DNA of 64,000 bases, from the NCBI GenBank assembly GCA_951406725.2, contig OX597814.1, positions 25,358,001 through 25,422,000 on the forward strand. The letters run 5' to 3'. The notes under the pieces are model-generated. The model was not told the DNA's origin, ran no database searches, and saw only the letters and a program-made list of their open reading frames with translations. Of the stretch, positions 11,315-24,833 are shown piece by piece; positions within the stretch are counted from its first letter, which is position 1; each line of letters opens with the position of its first letter. The stretch is from Octopus vulgaris (Eukaryota). The position numbers were made by a program, and so were the translations under genes.

Positions 11315-12149
11315 CGACTTATATCCAACTACGTAGGATTGACCAGCTTAATAGGTGGATTATTAACAAAATCAAATTTGTATATCTTCAGAGTAAAATG
11401 TAGAGTTAAAGGATCGAACGTTTCGGTACGATCCTAAGACTGTGGTTCAAAAGAAATCTTAAAGTTCAAATTCATAGCATTCTGACTACATTTGGGGAAA
11501 TGAATGAAATAAAAATTATAATAGCAACTTTTTCGAATTGTATTAAATAAATGAAAACATCTATGGTAAGAACACACGGCAAGATAATCACCAGTTTTAT
11601 CAGAATGGACATGGGCAGTATTAAAATCTCTTATGTTTGTTATCTTCTTTTAGAAATTCCTTCGAAAAGGGATTCTTCACAAATCCGTTCAGAAAAGGCT
11701 ATTTTTCTTACTAAATATAATACTTCGAAAAAGTGTCAATGATATCCTTTTAGAAAGATAACATATGGATTACTACAATCCTGAAAATTGATAGAAAAAG
11801 AAATAGGGATGAGAGTTTTAGGGGAGGGGTGTTTTCTTTTCGATTATTCTATAAAATACAAATTCTCTATGTTTGATATGGTGCTCACAAAAAAAAATAG
11901 AACGGTAAAATTGGAGTTTGAATCGTTATTATGCCCAAAATGTTTTACATAGCATTTCAATTTTATTTCCTTGGATTATTCATGCTCATTTGAATATTTT
12001 TGCTGTCATGTAGAGATGATATTTCTTTATGCACTAATATGAATGTATTTACGTATAATTTTGTACGTCAAGTATGTAAATGGTTCTATTTGTATTCATA
12101 CATGTGCCGGGATTTATATAGGCATATGAAAATGCGTACATATGTATTC

Positions 12150-12195
<46 letters not shown>

Positions 12196-12801
12196 GTATA
12201 TTTTGATGTCTATAGAGGTATGTACGTGCATGCATGTATTCTATACAAGTATATACGTACACACACACATATATATATATGTATAAAGCACTTGTAAATG
12301 AGGATATATATACATACGTACTCATACACTCACACAAACACATATATCATTACATACGACAATATGAATACATGTATATGTCTGTATGTATAATCTAGTA
12401 TATCATTTATTTGATTGGGTATCTAAGCATAATTTCTTTATGTTATAATTGTGTGTGCGTGTATCTAACTACTTATTTATTTATAGTTGCTGATTTAACG
12501 TTTTTATGTATATTCGTTTTCATCTAATATGTAATGACACCGTCTGGATTATTACCTTTCTATCACTGACTCTTTGGCGACACCTTTTCTCGTAAAACTA
12601 ATTTCTTTCTATTTCATATCTTTAACTCTTTTGAGTTAAGTTAGCATCAAACTTTTGAGTAGCTAAGAAATACTTTGATAAAAAAAAAGTTACTGCATTT
12701 ACAGATTCAAAATGAATTTCGTTTCTGAAGAGAAGTGCTTCTAATGGCAAAACCAAAATCACTCTACTAAATCAATAAATTTGTAAAATAAAATATAACG
12801 C

Positions 12802-12804
<3 letters not shown>

Positions 12805-12874
<70 letters not shown>
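12805..12874. repeat. (AC)n microsatellite
   Basis: Direct reading. Confidence 0.97.
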
Positions 12875-12878
<4 letters not shown>

Positions 12879-13393
12879 TCAGTTGATCATTTAAAAGAGA
12901 AACACACTCTAAAGCTTAGAGTAGTAATGTATTTACATGAAGTTAAATATATGCCCAGTCATAAAGTGGCCAATGGTTTCCCATCCATAAAGTGCTTAGC
13001 TTTATAGGCAGCTCTTCAGATAACAATACTTTTTATAGCCCTAATCGACGAACAGAGGATCCCACGCCTGCAACAGGTAGAGTTTAAAATAGGGGCAGAG
13101 GCTATAAATCTCGTGTCTTGGGTTCATGGGACACCTTGGATCCTTAAAGACTCACTGGAACCGGAGTCTATCTTAAACTCAAGAGAAGTCATATGGCCAC
13201 GGCCATTGTAGGCTGAGGAGTCGCCTATAAATCTAAGCGCTTTGTGGGTGCGAAACCATTGGTCACTCTTTGGTCGGACATATATTTAACTTCATTTATA
13301 TATATATATATACATATATATAAAATCATGCTTGTATTTACAGACAGACAGACAGGCAAGCAGACAGACAGACAGATATATATATATATATAT

Positions 13394-13447
<54 letters not shown>

Positions 13448-13665
13448 CAATTTAAAACTTAAATTGCATGATCTATAATCAGTATTTAGAACTTCTTGTG
13501 CATTCTCATTCGTGTTATACTTGTTTCATTTGATACGAAACTAAATGTTGTATACGTCACAGAGAGTACATTATAAAAGAAAACGTATACGTGTGTCTCC
13601 ATAACAAAATATGATTAATTACACTATGTTAATTACATAATTAAATGATCTTGTTTAATTTTCAG

Positions 13666-13721
13666 AGACTTGCACTTTTGTACCTTACGTTAATGGACAG
13701 TTGAATTGTTGTCATAAGTAA
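13666..13721 (+). CDS. Candidate terminal coding exon of an unknown gene (xTCTFVPYVNGQLNCCHK*)
   Basis: Acceptor ttgtttaattttcag, open phase-1 frame to TAA, AATAAA near 13880; no upstream exon identified. Confidence 0.25.
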
Positions 13722-15939
13722 ACGTTTATAGAGATAGCTACTGCCAACAGTCCAGTAATGTTCCATTGAGACGTTGCACATCTCTGAGGATTTGACAAGA
13801 TATTTTGATTATGTAATTTATATTATGTACGTAATAATCATTATTTGCTAATGAAACGTACGTTAGATGATTTGCTAAATAAATAAACGATCTTTCGTGT
13901 TATGTTCATTTTAGACATTTATGTGTATGAAAGTATTTGTGAAGATATATTTGTGAAGACATAGAGACACACACACGCACGCATACACACACACACACAT
14001 ATACACATAAATGCGCTTCTATCTTTGTACGTGGATATGTGTGTGTGCTTTGCATTATGTATGTATATATTCATAAGACGTTTTGTATGAAGACATTATA
14101 TACGCGTATATTTTAATAAATTTTGCCATCACAGTAATGTATATAGACGGCTAATTAAAATTTAATTTTTTTTTTTATATAATAGATAATTAATTTTTTG
14201 GGTCAGAACTATAAAAATATCGGTTGGTTTTTGTTTCTTAAACAGAATACACTAATTGTGTTTGAGCACTTTAACATATTAGTGTTGTCTTTAGATATGT
14301 GCTTAGGTATTTAAGTGTATGTGTGTCCGAGTGTTTGTGTATAAATGTGTTTATGTATACAGATTAAATAGAAAGATGTGAATTGAGATCCCCCCTCAAA
14401 ATTTGAGTTTCAAACTGTGAAACTTATAGATATGTGTAGCCTTAAAAGCACGTGAGTTTGTGAGTGAAATGCGTATGTTTGTTGAACGTGGACATTTGCA
14501 CAACTTTGTGTTTGATGAATACACAAAATGTGCTCGGTAGTTTGGGAAATAAAAGAATAGAACATAACTTTGAGCAGCCTAGGGGTATATGCGTAGTAGA
14601 AGTAAAAGCTCAAAAGTAAACGATGGAAGAATAACAGGCTGATAGAAGAAACACAGTATTAATGTTTCCTTAGAACAGCCTACTGTGGTTCTTGTGATGG
14701 AAAAGAATGATAAAGCAGTAACAGCCCACTGGTCTGAGGAATTGAGAATATTTGATCTGTTTGATGTAGAAGGAAACTGGAATCTCTTATGATACTTTGT
14801 CACTTCCAATTATGATTTTGTCTTCATATATCCCTGGAAATGTTGTCGTATGACCCCCAGAAGACATCTTACTGGAGATATATGAGTAGGAGGAATTTCA
14901 CTTGCAGAATAATCAAAGGTTTGTAAAGGCTAACGAATTCCCAGTTGTTGAAATTGTATCCTATTGTGATTAAAAGGCTTATGCTTTGATATATTTCTTT
15001 AGATAGGAACAACAAGAGAGATGGAGATAGAAAGGGACAAATAATCAGAATGCAAGAAAGAGACAGAAGGAACGACAGAAATGAGGGAGAGTGAGAGAAC
15101 TAGTGACCCTTGCAATCTCTCCCAACAGAAAAATGTTTGTAAAATCGATGATGGATACACGGAGATTTTATGTAATATTTATGAGATGTAATGCTGAAAA
15201 ATCATTTCGTTTTCTAACTCAAGTCAAAGAACAGAACAAATGCATATTATTATTATTTTTTGTTTTTGTTTTTGGCGTTTTTCTTTTCAGAAATGGTTCA
15301 TTTAAGAAATCTCAAATTCTTTTGATAAGAAATATTTTCTATTCAATTTCCTACATTTATTTTTTCTTGTTGATAAAAAAAAAGGAAAAGAATCAATAAC
15401 AGTATCATTATATAAAATAAAATATATGAGAAAGATTTATATTCCGATTTTATGCAGAGGTTGTAGTTATTCAAATATAAGATACAAGATGAAAAGATAT
15501 CCTTAAAATGTAACAGATTTTAATATCGATGCATGCTATTCATTTCATAACAAGACAGTTAATTTAATACACCTGTCCCTTTCAGAACATTGCTTGTTTA
15601 TCTGTAAATTTAATTAAAACGTTCCAATTTAGTATCTATATTTCTGCCTTGTTAAGGATTCCGATACATCAGTATCTTGATATGGATGCGTTATTATATG
15701 AATAACTGTGTCGTTATTAACATCAGTCAATATCTTATACAATATGAATGACATCTATTTTCTATCTAGATTAGACCACTATAAGGCATGTAATTTTAAC
15801 TGTAATGCAGTAATTATTTTTCTTATGCCTTAGGTTCAAATCTTATTGCTAGTATATCCTAATGTTCTAGAGCACGATGTAGAACACAACTGTTGTTAAT
15901 TTTGTTATTGCAATAAAGGAAAATAGGAACACATATACT

Positions 15940-16150
15940 ATATAAAGTTAATCCAAACAAGAAAGCACCAAAAAACACAACAACGCGAGGGCGTGGAACA
16001 AATATAGTATCATTGGACGCTCAAGAAAGAAGGAAAGAAGGAGGGTTTAACGTTTCGAGCGGAGCTCTTCGTCGGAAACATAGGAGAAGGAAAGATCCAG
16101 AGAAGGGAAGACAGAGGAAAAAAATCGCCAACGGTACACACGCGGTCACG
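15940..16150 (-). ncRNA. Penelope-type pLTR remnant containing a type I hammerhead-like fold (16012-16080)
   Basis: Minus strand: CCGACGA-A-GAGC(TCC)GCTC-GAAA-CGTT...AGCG-TC; flanks resemble 25290-25470. Confidence 0.6.
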
Positions 16151-17379
16151 TTATACTATATATATGAGCATGCATATATTACAATAGGAACATACATATA
16201 TATCAATAAGAATATACAGATATTACAATAGGGAGATACATATATTAATATTGTTGTTGTTGTGTAGTAATGATAGAATGCGATTTGAAAGACCTTTATT
16301 TACTACTTCTAGTAGGCCAATCAACTGGATAGATATTTATTTGCTAATTTGGTCTTTGCTCAAATTGTCTGAATAGGTAAAATGACATAACATCGAACCA
16401 TACAATATTAGTAAAAGAACTTAATCAGTTATTGATAAGAGAATCTATCTACTTGGGGAATAGTCAATGTCAGTATATTATGTCATTATGTGCTACAATA
16501 TTAACATATCCTTAAATAAGCAAAACAAATATATTCTATTTCAATCATAATGTGATATGAAGTTAAACCCCAGAATGTTTGAATTTTCATATCATTAAGC
16601 AAAATCTATTATTGACTACAAGGAGAAGGTAAATAAAACTACAGACAGTCATGCTTTTTGCTATGAAATTGACCATGTAAGTAAATTGAAATATGTGCAA
16701 TGAAGAAATGAAACCAGCTTGGGGATTTGGTCCTCTAAGATCTGACCTTTCACACATTGCTTGCCACCAATTTATAACAAATAAAGTGCTGTGTTTTCCA
16801 TTTCAAAATTGTTTATTTAAAATGTGGATTTTCTCAAAGATGTTAAATACAAAATGTACATCACACATGAATCAAAATGAATATATTCATATGTATGTGT
16901 GTTTTTGTTTATGTATGTTTATGAGGTAATCAGTTAAATTTGCCATCAAGCAAATAATAAACATTAGGAAAATTATACATAAAGCAAAAGAAATAAAATA
17001 AAAATGTTTATGCAGACTCAGATAATTGTTTATATATCATAGACTAATAATTGCTTTCATGCATGGAAAGGAATGCCAAATTTAATTAATACTAATTTAC
17101 CAAAGTCAGAGCTGAGTTAATAACAAACAATATCGATTGAAAAAGTGATGGTGATGAAAGATATATTTGTAATTCCTTTTAATAACATTTCTGTCATGAC
17201 TGACAGGTATATTGATATTGACCATTTAGTGCACTGTTTAGAGAGTAGCAATTGGCTGACTTCATAAGATATCAGGCTACCAACTGTATTGTCGACATTA
17301 ATGCATAGACATATGCACAGTCTATTCATCTGTAAATAGGTACCACTTTATTTTAGCATACTACATACAACTCAGTATG

Positions 17380-18720
17380 GCAAACGTCAAGAGACTGTAT
17401 AATTCATTAACGTCATGTCAGCTTACAATACTGAGTTTCAGAAGCTATCAGTATTATAATTTAGTCCATTAAAGAGAGAGTGTCCATCAAATAGTTGGCA
17501 CTTTAAACCACAGCATCCAGGATGTGGGAGGGAGCAAAGAGGTCACTGACTCTAGCTCCTAAGATGAGGGACAAAGGTAAGACCATCTGGCCTCTCTTCA
17601 TCACTTCAGGATAATCTCGCCGCTTCCTGAAATGGGAAGATATATATAGATATATATATAAATATACAAAAACTTCTCATGATGGAAGCAAATAAGAATC
17701 CCAAGAAGCAATATTTGCAATGAATATCATTCCATGGACTCTATGCTCTCACAGATTAATGACAGATTAATGTGAATGCATGAAGGAATAGCGAGAAAGG
17801 TGCTTAAACAATTGTTGAAATTTAAGGCAAGGTTAGTCAGTGGCTAATGTATTTCGGGAATGTATGAAGAGAATTAGTTAATTCTATCTTTGAGGTATTA
17901 AAAAATACTGATAAACACATTGATTTTAGTATTGTACACCCTGATAATACAGGGGCAATTCTACTACTTAACCTTGTGCTCGACATTTCAGAAGTAGATG
18001 TCATCAAACGATACCAAAGGAAAGCAGTCTGCAGAGATCTCTCTTTACACTTTAAATCATCTCTCTCAAAGCAACACAACTACATTTTTAAAAAATTACC
18101 AAGCATTTGTAACAGATGTAGCACAGTGAATGTCCAAGCCATTTATGACCCGAATTTTCAAAAGTATTGAAACTTAATGTATACTCCATTTCTTGTCCCC
18201 ATACCAAACAAGGTCCATGACATAAAAGTAACGAACACCACAATAATACTTGCTTCTTTAAACTATCATATATGTTGCAATTCAAAAATCCACGGGTTAG
18301 ACACATGTCTATCTTACTGTAAATCCTATTTACATTGAGTGCGTGCCACAAAACTATTCCCTGAGATCAACATGTGTGTCCTATCTGTGACACAAATATA
18401 TGTCTACGTACATATGTAGTCTACCAGCAATAAATGCAAATATATGTCTACGTACATATGTAGTCTACGTACATATGTAGTCTACCAGCAATAAATGCAA
18501 GGAATGCTATATCAGCTGCACAGTCTGAGAACTCCACACTCGGATAAAGGAATACCCATACACGTACTTTCTGGGTCCAAGAAATTGCTCGACAAATACC
18601 GCAACAATTATATAGAAATATTCATTTTAGCTACTGACCAAAATATTTGTTACTTCAGAATCAAGAAGTCTGTTCTTAAACGACAATAACCAGAAATCAA
18701 TAGAACCGAATTGTATGATG
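17380..18720 (+). mobile_element. Degenerate Penelope-like element (RT C-terminal half and GIY-YIG endonuclease)
   Basis: NVKRLYN (DVxSLYT-like); IFEVLKNTDKHIDFSIVHPDNTGAILLLNL...RYQRKAVCRDLSLHFKSS (thumb); CPICDTNICLRTYVVYQ..CKECYISCTV*ELHTRIKE...PEINR (GIY-YIG); many frameshifts. Confidence 0.7.
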
Positions 18721-19319
18721 CGAACTGACTTTTCAAACAAGCTCAATTCGCCTACCTTTAATTTACTCTTCTTCAGTCATCTTTCTAAATTATATCTAAC
18801 ACATTCACCACACCACTGCAATATATTTTACCCCATCAATTACTTAGTACAGTTTACCTTATGTGAACAAAGTAATTCTTGAAATACCTTACCTACTAAC
18901 TAACCTTACCTTAATATTCAGCAATTTTTCAATTACCTTTCTCATCATTACTTCAAAAATCCACACTAACTTGTACTACACCACATACTACTGCCACTGC
19001 TACCACACCACACCACACTTCCTGCAGTTACTAGCTACTGATATTACCTATCTTAACCAGCCATAACTAAAAGTACAGTAATAGCACATTACTCCAAACT
19101 CTTTGATTACTTTCTCTTATTTGAAAGGAATAATTTTTACCAAAATATTATAGGATCATTAAACAGTCCATTCATTGTCAATCTTCCACAGAAATATCTC
19201 CAGCTATTCTACTATTTGTGTTCAAGAGACTAAGAAAAATATTGCCTTGCTTGGAAAAATGTGAGAGTTGGTGACAGGAAGATCATCTGCTGTATAAAGT
19301 CTGCCTCAATGAATTAGAT

Positions 19320-19770
19320 TCTTCTAACCAATGCCATACCCTCAATGCTCACTATTTTCTTTGAACTCATCGTCCAAGATGATGTATTGCCATTTGTTGC
19401 TAAGGTAGTCTTCACGGAAGTTATATAGAATCGACCTTATTATTCTTCTGCCAGCTTTCATTGTAGATCATGTTCAGAGATGAATACAGCAAATGTATTA
19501 TCCAAGATTAGTCTTAGTTTACTTATGCTAAGACAGCTCTGCAACACTGACTATTTTACCTACCCATATCACTACCTACTCCACCCACAGCACAAGTGTT
19601 GCTCACCCAAAAGAACATGAGCTTTATTTTTTGCTCATATGGAGTTTGCATAAAGTTCAAGCTACCTTAGCTCTTGTACACAATATACATTCCTCTTCGT
19701 AAGAATCTCTGTGACTTCTTCAGACCTTCTTTCATCATGCCGACATTGAATTTGATAAGAAAAGAAGGGG
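19320..19770 (-). mobile_element. RTE LINE APE endonuclease fragment
   Basis: FNVGMM..RSEEVTEILTKRNVYCVQELR...FFWVSNTCAVGGVG..WVGKI matches NVGT.KGRSGEV..CVQE.RW...FFW.GN..GVGGVG. Confidence 0.7.
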
Positions 19771-20008
19771 ATGAGTAGTTTGCAATCTGTTTTCTGATTT
19801 GAAATATAAAGAGTTTGTGAAATCATTTGACAACAGTCAGTGGGCAATTGCACATGTCCAAATGTTTCCATGATGATTTAGTATTGCATCAACCATCAAA
19901 GTTATTAGTATTGAACGCATGCAGAAAGATGTTAGGCTTCAATAAGTCTCAAATGGGGACAAGAGAGAATACATAGCATTAGCCACAGAGAAATGTTGGC
20001 AATAAAGT

Positions 20009-20312
20009 CATCATCATCATCATCATCATCGTTTAACATCCGCTTTCCATGCTTGCATAATTTGGATGGTTTGACTGAGGACTGGTGAGCCAGATGGCTG
20101 CACTAGGCTCTAATCTGATCTGGAAGAGTTTCTACAGCTGGATGCCCTTCCTAATGCCAACCACTTAAAGAGTGTAGTGGGTGCTTTTACGTGCCACCAG
20201 AACGAGGGCCAGTCAGGCAGTACTGGCAACGGCCATGCTCAAATCATGTTTTTTACGTGCCACCTGCACAGGAGCCAGTCCAGCAGCACTGGCAATGACC
20301 TCGCTCAAATGT
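20009..20312 (-). mobile_element. Short interspersed repeat family D ((GAT)n tail, RTE-partner-like SINE)
   Basis: Reverse complement of 58460-58695 (ggatgcccttcctaatgccaaccac; (CAT)n end). Confidence 0.8.
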
Positions 20313-20431
20313 TCGACCTCGTTCATGGGACATTTCTTTTTAATTTGTGAATAACTACTGGAATTTTTTTTCCAGTTGTACACATTGTTATAATTAGCAC
20401 GAGGTGGATGAGGACTGAGCTGTGATAATTA

Positions 20432-22757
20432 CACTGGTCAACAAAATTAATTGCATTATAATCATTATGAATGCAAAGCAACGTTTGTAGACTAATTTTT
20501 CATGTTGATTTCAAAATTTAACTCCATTTGTATGCAACACGTATCAGCTTTTCAGTAGATACATGCAAATATTTACATATTTGCATATATGAAATCATCA
20601 ACGTAATAAATAAGGACATTTATTTTTTTAGAAAGTAAATGAGTTTATTGAGTTAAAAATCATCTCTATCATTGTACAACGAAATAATGCACAAAAATTG
20701 GGTCGGGCAAAACAAATAAAATTAGAACAGAGTTAGAAACATTGTGATTTGGATTTTCTGCGGTGTTCCTGATCTGGTTGATCATAGTAAAGTGTCCAGC
20801 AGTAGTCAGACAGCATACTATCATTCCAGAAGCCTTGGTACCGTTTCTCCATAGCACTAATGTCCTGGTGAAATCTTTCACCATGTTCATCAGACACTGC
20901 TCTAAGGTTATCTGTAAAGAAATACAGATGGGAGTCCAAGAAGTGAACTCTCAGTGACATGGAACAACCCATTGCTGAGTAACATTTCAAAAGATTCTTG
21001 ATGCCATCTTTGTAGTCCATTGCCTTCTTGTTACCCAAGAAATTCTCACAGATCCAATTGAAAGCATTCCAGGCAGGCAGTTCCAGTTCATCCTGTGTTG
21101 TCGTGAAATTGACACCTTTGCGTACTTCTCTAATTTGGGGTCCGACAAAGATATCCTCTTTCAACTTCACCTGTATGATTTGGGGTAACTTTTCTACAAT
21201 ATACTCAAACCCTTTGGCATTTCTTTTCCCTAGTGTCTTTACAAACTGTTTCATCAGTTCAAACTTCATGTGCAAAGGCGGCAGTAGGATATTCCATGGA
21301 TCTACAAGAGGTGTATTCTTCATGCTAGACAGTCCTGGCTGGTATGATGTACTTGTCTGCCAGTTTGATTCCAAATAATGCCTGTCAGTTGCCCGACTAT
21401 CCCATGAACACAAGATACAACTGCATTTCGTGAAACCTGACTGCATTCTCATTAACATTCCAATGACTTTTAAGTCTCCAGATCTTTTTCATGAGTATTT
21501 TTCATAGTCAATGGTATGAAGTGAAAGCTTCATATTCTCATATCATTCAAGAAGATGAATTGAGTGTGCAATAGGAATGGAGGGCTTCAAACTACCATTA
21601 TGGAGAAGTACAGCTTTTAAATTTCGTTTTGAAGAGTCAATAGACAAATGCCACTCTGCAGGATCATGATTTTGTGATAAACATTTGAAAAGTCCATCGA
21701 TTGCAAAAGCAAAGTGATCCTTCAACAGAATAACATGTTTGTAGACCCACATTTCTCTGTCAAAAATAAGTTATACAAACACTGTGCTCTAGCCGTTACT
21801 TCTCCTTCAGTCTTGATGCCAACAGATCTGCATTATCTTTTGAGAGGGATACATCTCTGACAAGGTCATTCAATTCAGCTTGAGAAAATTTCTGGAGTTC
21901 AAAGCTATCGTCATCAGCCACATAATATTCCTCAGCAGCGCTATCATAACAGTCAGCATCATGATCTGATGTTTTAATACCATTATTTGGTGGAACTGGA
22001 ATTGGCAGACTTCCATTGTGAGGCACAGATCTCATTGCAGAATCCAAATTGGAATACACAATTTTGTGTTTATTCTTCATAGAAAATCCTGTGACATTTA
22101 CTTTGCAAAAATAACAGTCATTAAAATGGTCTTTCAGCTGCCTCGATATTGGAATGTAAGCCATTTGAGCAAGCTGAGCAGATAAAATGTGGTGCCCATA
22201 ACTTGTCCTGATCTCCAAGAAGACAGTCAAAGTATAGCTTATAAATCTTCTTCTCTGGTGTTATTGTATATGTTTGGGCTTTCACAATAAATTGTCCACA
22301 GACATAGCATAACACATCAGAATGCTTTCTACACTGTCTTGGCATTGTTAATACTGTAAAACAAGTAAGGAAATAGATACAAACGGTTATACTTATATTG
22401 AATTTAAGATGATGAAATAGTTCACCAGACTGGACAATTTGAGATGTTAAAATACCTATTTCAGCAGACAAAATTTGATTGGCTAATTTAAGATGGTGAA
22501 CTATTGCCTCTGAACTATGCAGCAATGAATAATGTAGTTTATTTTAAAGGTATGTTTCATTGATGTAAATGAAATACATGCATACATGTCATTAACTGAA
22601 ATTTCTATATAGTGCATGGGCTAAAACTAAAAAAAATTCTCATCTTGAAAACTGTACGTGATGCCAAAAAAGCTAATTGTATATTTGAGATCAGCATTAA
22701 AAACTACACTAAGTACACCTTGACGTATGCTTCATGAAAAGTACTTGTTGACTAGTC
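20432..22757 (-). mobile_element. Full-length degenerate Chapaev3 (CMC superfamily) DNA transposon
   Basis: TTA|CACTGGTCAACAA ... TTGTTGACTAGTC|TTA: 3-bp TTA TSD and long imperfect TIRs (about 120 bp) enclosing a transposase pseudogene. Confidence 0.9.
20733..22345 (-). pseudogene. Chapaev3 transposase, frameshifted into at least 4 ORFs
   Basis: MPRQCRKHSDVLCYVCG..LGDQDKLWAPH; DHFNDCYFC; EWHLSIDSSKRNLKAVLLHNG; GFTKCSCILCSWDSRA; LLPPLHMK; IFVGPQIR; MSLRVHFLDSHL; AVSDEHGERFHQDISAMEKRYQG..MLSDYCW. Confidence 0.9.
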
Positions 22758-22760
22758 TTA

Positions 22761-22990
22761 CGCAAACACTAGATTCGTTGCTAAACTCATAGCTGACTCT
22801 CACCTTGCTGGTTCTCACCTTCTTCACTGCCCCTCTGCATATGGCATACATAGCTCTCACAAGCCACTCATTTACCCCTACATTCTTCATTGATCACCAT
22901 ATCACAGAGTATGACACTCTGACAAAGTCTTTCTCTATTGGATTTGGTCTCCCACAGACTACTTTGCAATACGAAAGACTCATACCCACA
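22761..22990 (-). mobile_element. RTE RT fragment interrupted by the Chapaev3 insertion
   Basis: IEKDFVRVSYSVIW*SMKNVGVNEWLVRA...SKVRVSYEFSNESSVCV matches LEKAFDRVPRSVIWWxMRKLGVxEWLVRA; resumes as SSVLIHLVLII (GSVLSPLLFII-like) at 20428-20390. Confidence 0.7.
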
Positions 22991-23999
22991 TAGATGTATA
23001 TATATATATTTAAAATCTGAAAAATCAGAAAAAATTTCAATACATGTGTATAGTTAGGGATAACCACTAGGTGGATAACCAATATGCTAGAAGAAGATCA
23101 CATACGATTTAACTACAAAGAAAAGAATGTTCTCTAGAGAAATTCAGCAAACATCAGAATATAAGTGGGCAAGACAGATGAAGATATATAAAAAATCAAG
23201 AATTAATCACAGACCGGTTTGGTCTATCACCGATAAATTACGTAATCTTTTCGTCCGCAGACTCGTACACACACACTCATATATACATACGCACACACAC
23301 ACATGTAAATACATACATACATGAATGCATGTAGACATATACGCATGCATACATATATACATAAGCATACACAAATTACGCACACGCAAACACACACATA
23401 TATGGTTGTATGTATGTACGTATGCATGTATCTATTTCCATAGATAGAGCCATAATGGATACAAGACCAACTCAGGAAGACTGGAAGAATGGAAGCAGCG
23501 AGGAGCAACATCAAGCTGCAGGATGAGAAGGTAGATGTTATGTATATTTAGCAAGAGGAGAAGCTGAAAGCCACAAGCTTGCTAATGTTCTAAGACATCA
23601 AGGTCATAGGTTTTGTATAATTTGAACTGCATGGCGGTATACGTGAAATAATGGAGATTCCGTCGGGGGAAAATGTGTGCAGAAGGTTATTGACATATTT
23701 GCTTTTGCAGACTAGCTTGGCTATCTGGTTTTAAAAAATCGTTTCATAAGCACGTGGCTTCAATCCCACTACGCAATATCTTGGCTAGGTGTTTTCTGCT
23801 ATACAGCGGGTTGACCAATAGTTGATAGACGGAAACTTTAGGAATTGATATATATATGTGTGAAATGTGAACATATAAAAAGCTGTTATATACGGTGCGA
23901 GCTTGTGGTTTACTTTGATTTTTTCTCGGGTATCTGTGGAATGCTCAACCACGCATATGAACGGAAATTCCATATCTTCGAAATTAATGCAAAATTCCA

Positions 24000-24802
24000 T
24001 CGAAACACCCCTGTCGCCTGCCATTTTCGCTAGCCGGCCACTCCACCTCATACCTCACCATCTCCGGCCTTGCCCTAAACCATGAATTCACCAACTATAG
24101 ACTCTGCCTGGAACAGCACTACATTTTCACTCTACATACTCAAGTACCTTTCGGACTAAACACAACCCCCACCTTTCTGTGACATTCCCCTCACATATTT
24201 TTAAAAAAACATTTTATTCTATTTTATTTGTTTATTTTTTTAATTTATTTCTGTTACTGATTTATATATATATATATAATCTTTTTCATTTTGCTATTAT
24301 ATTTAATTTTCATTTTTTTTTATTATTTCTTTTGTATTATTTTTTTATTTTTACATGCCTTTGTTTTTTCATGTTTTTATTTTTAAATTGTATTTTTAAT
24401 TATTTCACATACACACACCTTCATACGCACGCACTCACACTCATATATACACACACATCCACACATACCTCATACAAATGCACGGCCACAGCCACACACA
24501 CAAACATACACAGTAATAACAACACCAACATACACACACTTTTGTCATCCTGCCCCTTAGACCCTATCACACACCACATACACAACCCTTACACCTTATC
24601 AAACACCACACTCACACCCTACCACACACCATACGCAAATCTGTATGCCCCCCCCCACACAAACACATGCACGCACTCCCACACACACATACATGCTCAC
24701 CAACACGCATAATACCTACACCCTTACTTACACCAACGCGCACACACACACTCCTCTTCACCCTTCTCTCCTCGCACATGCACACACACACGCATGCACA
24801 CA

Positions 24803-24833
<31 letters not shown>

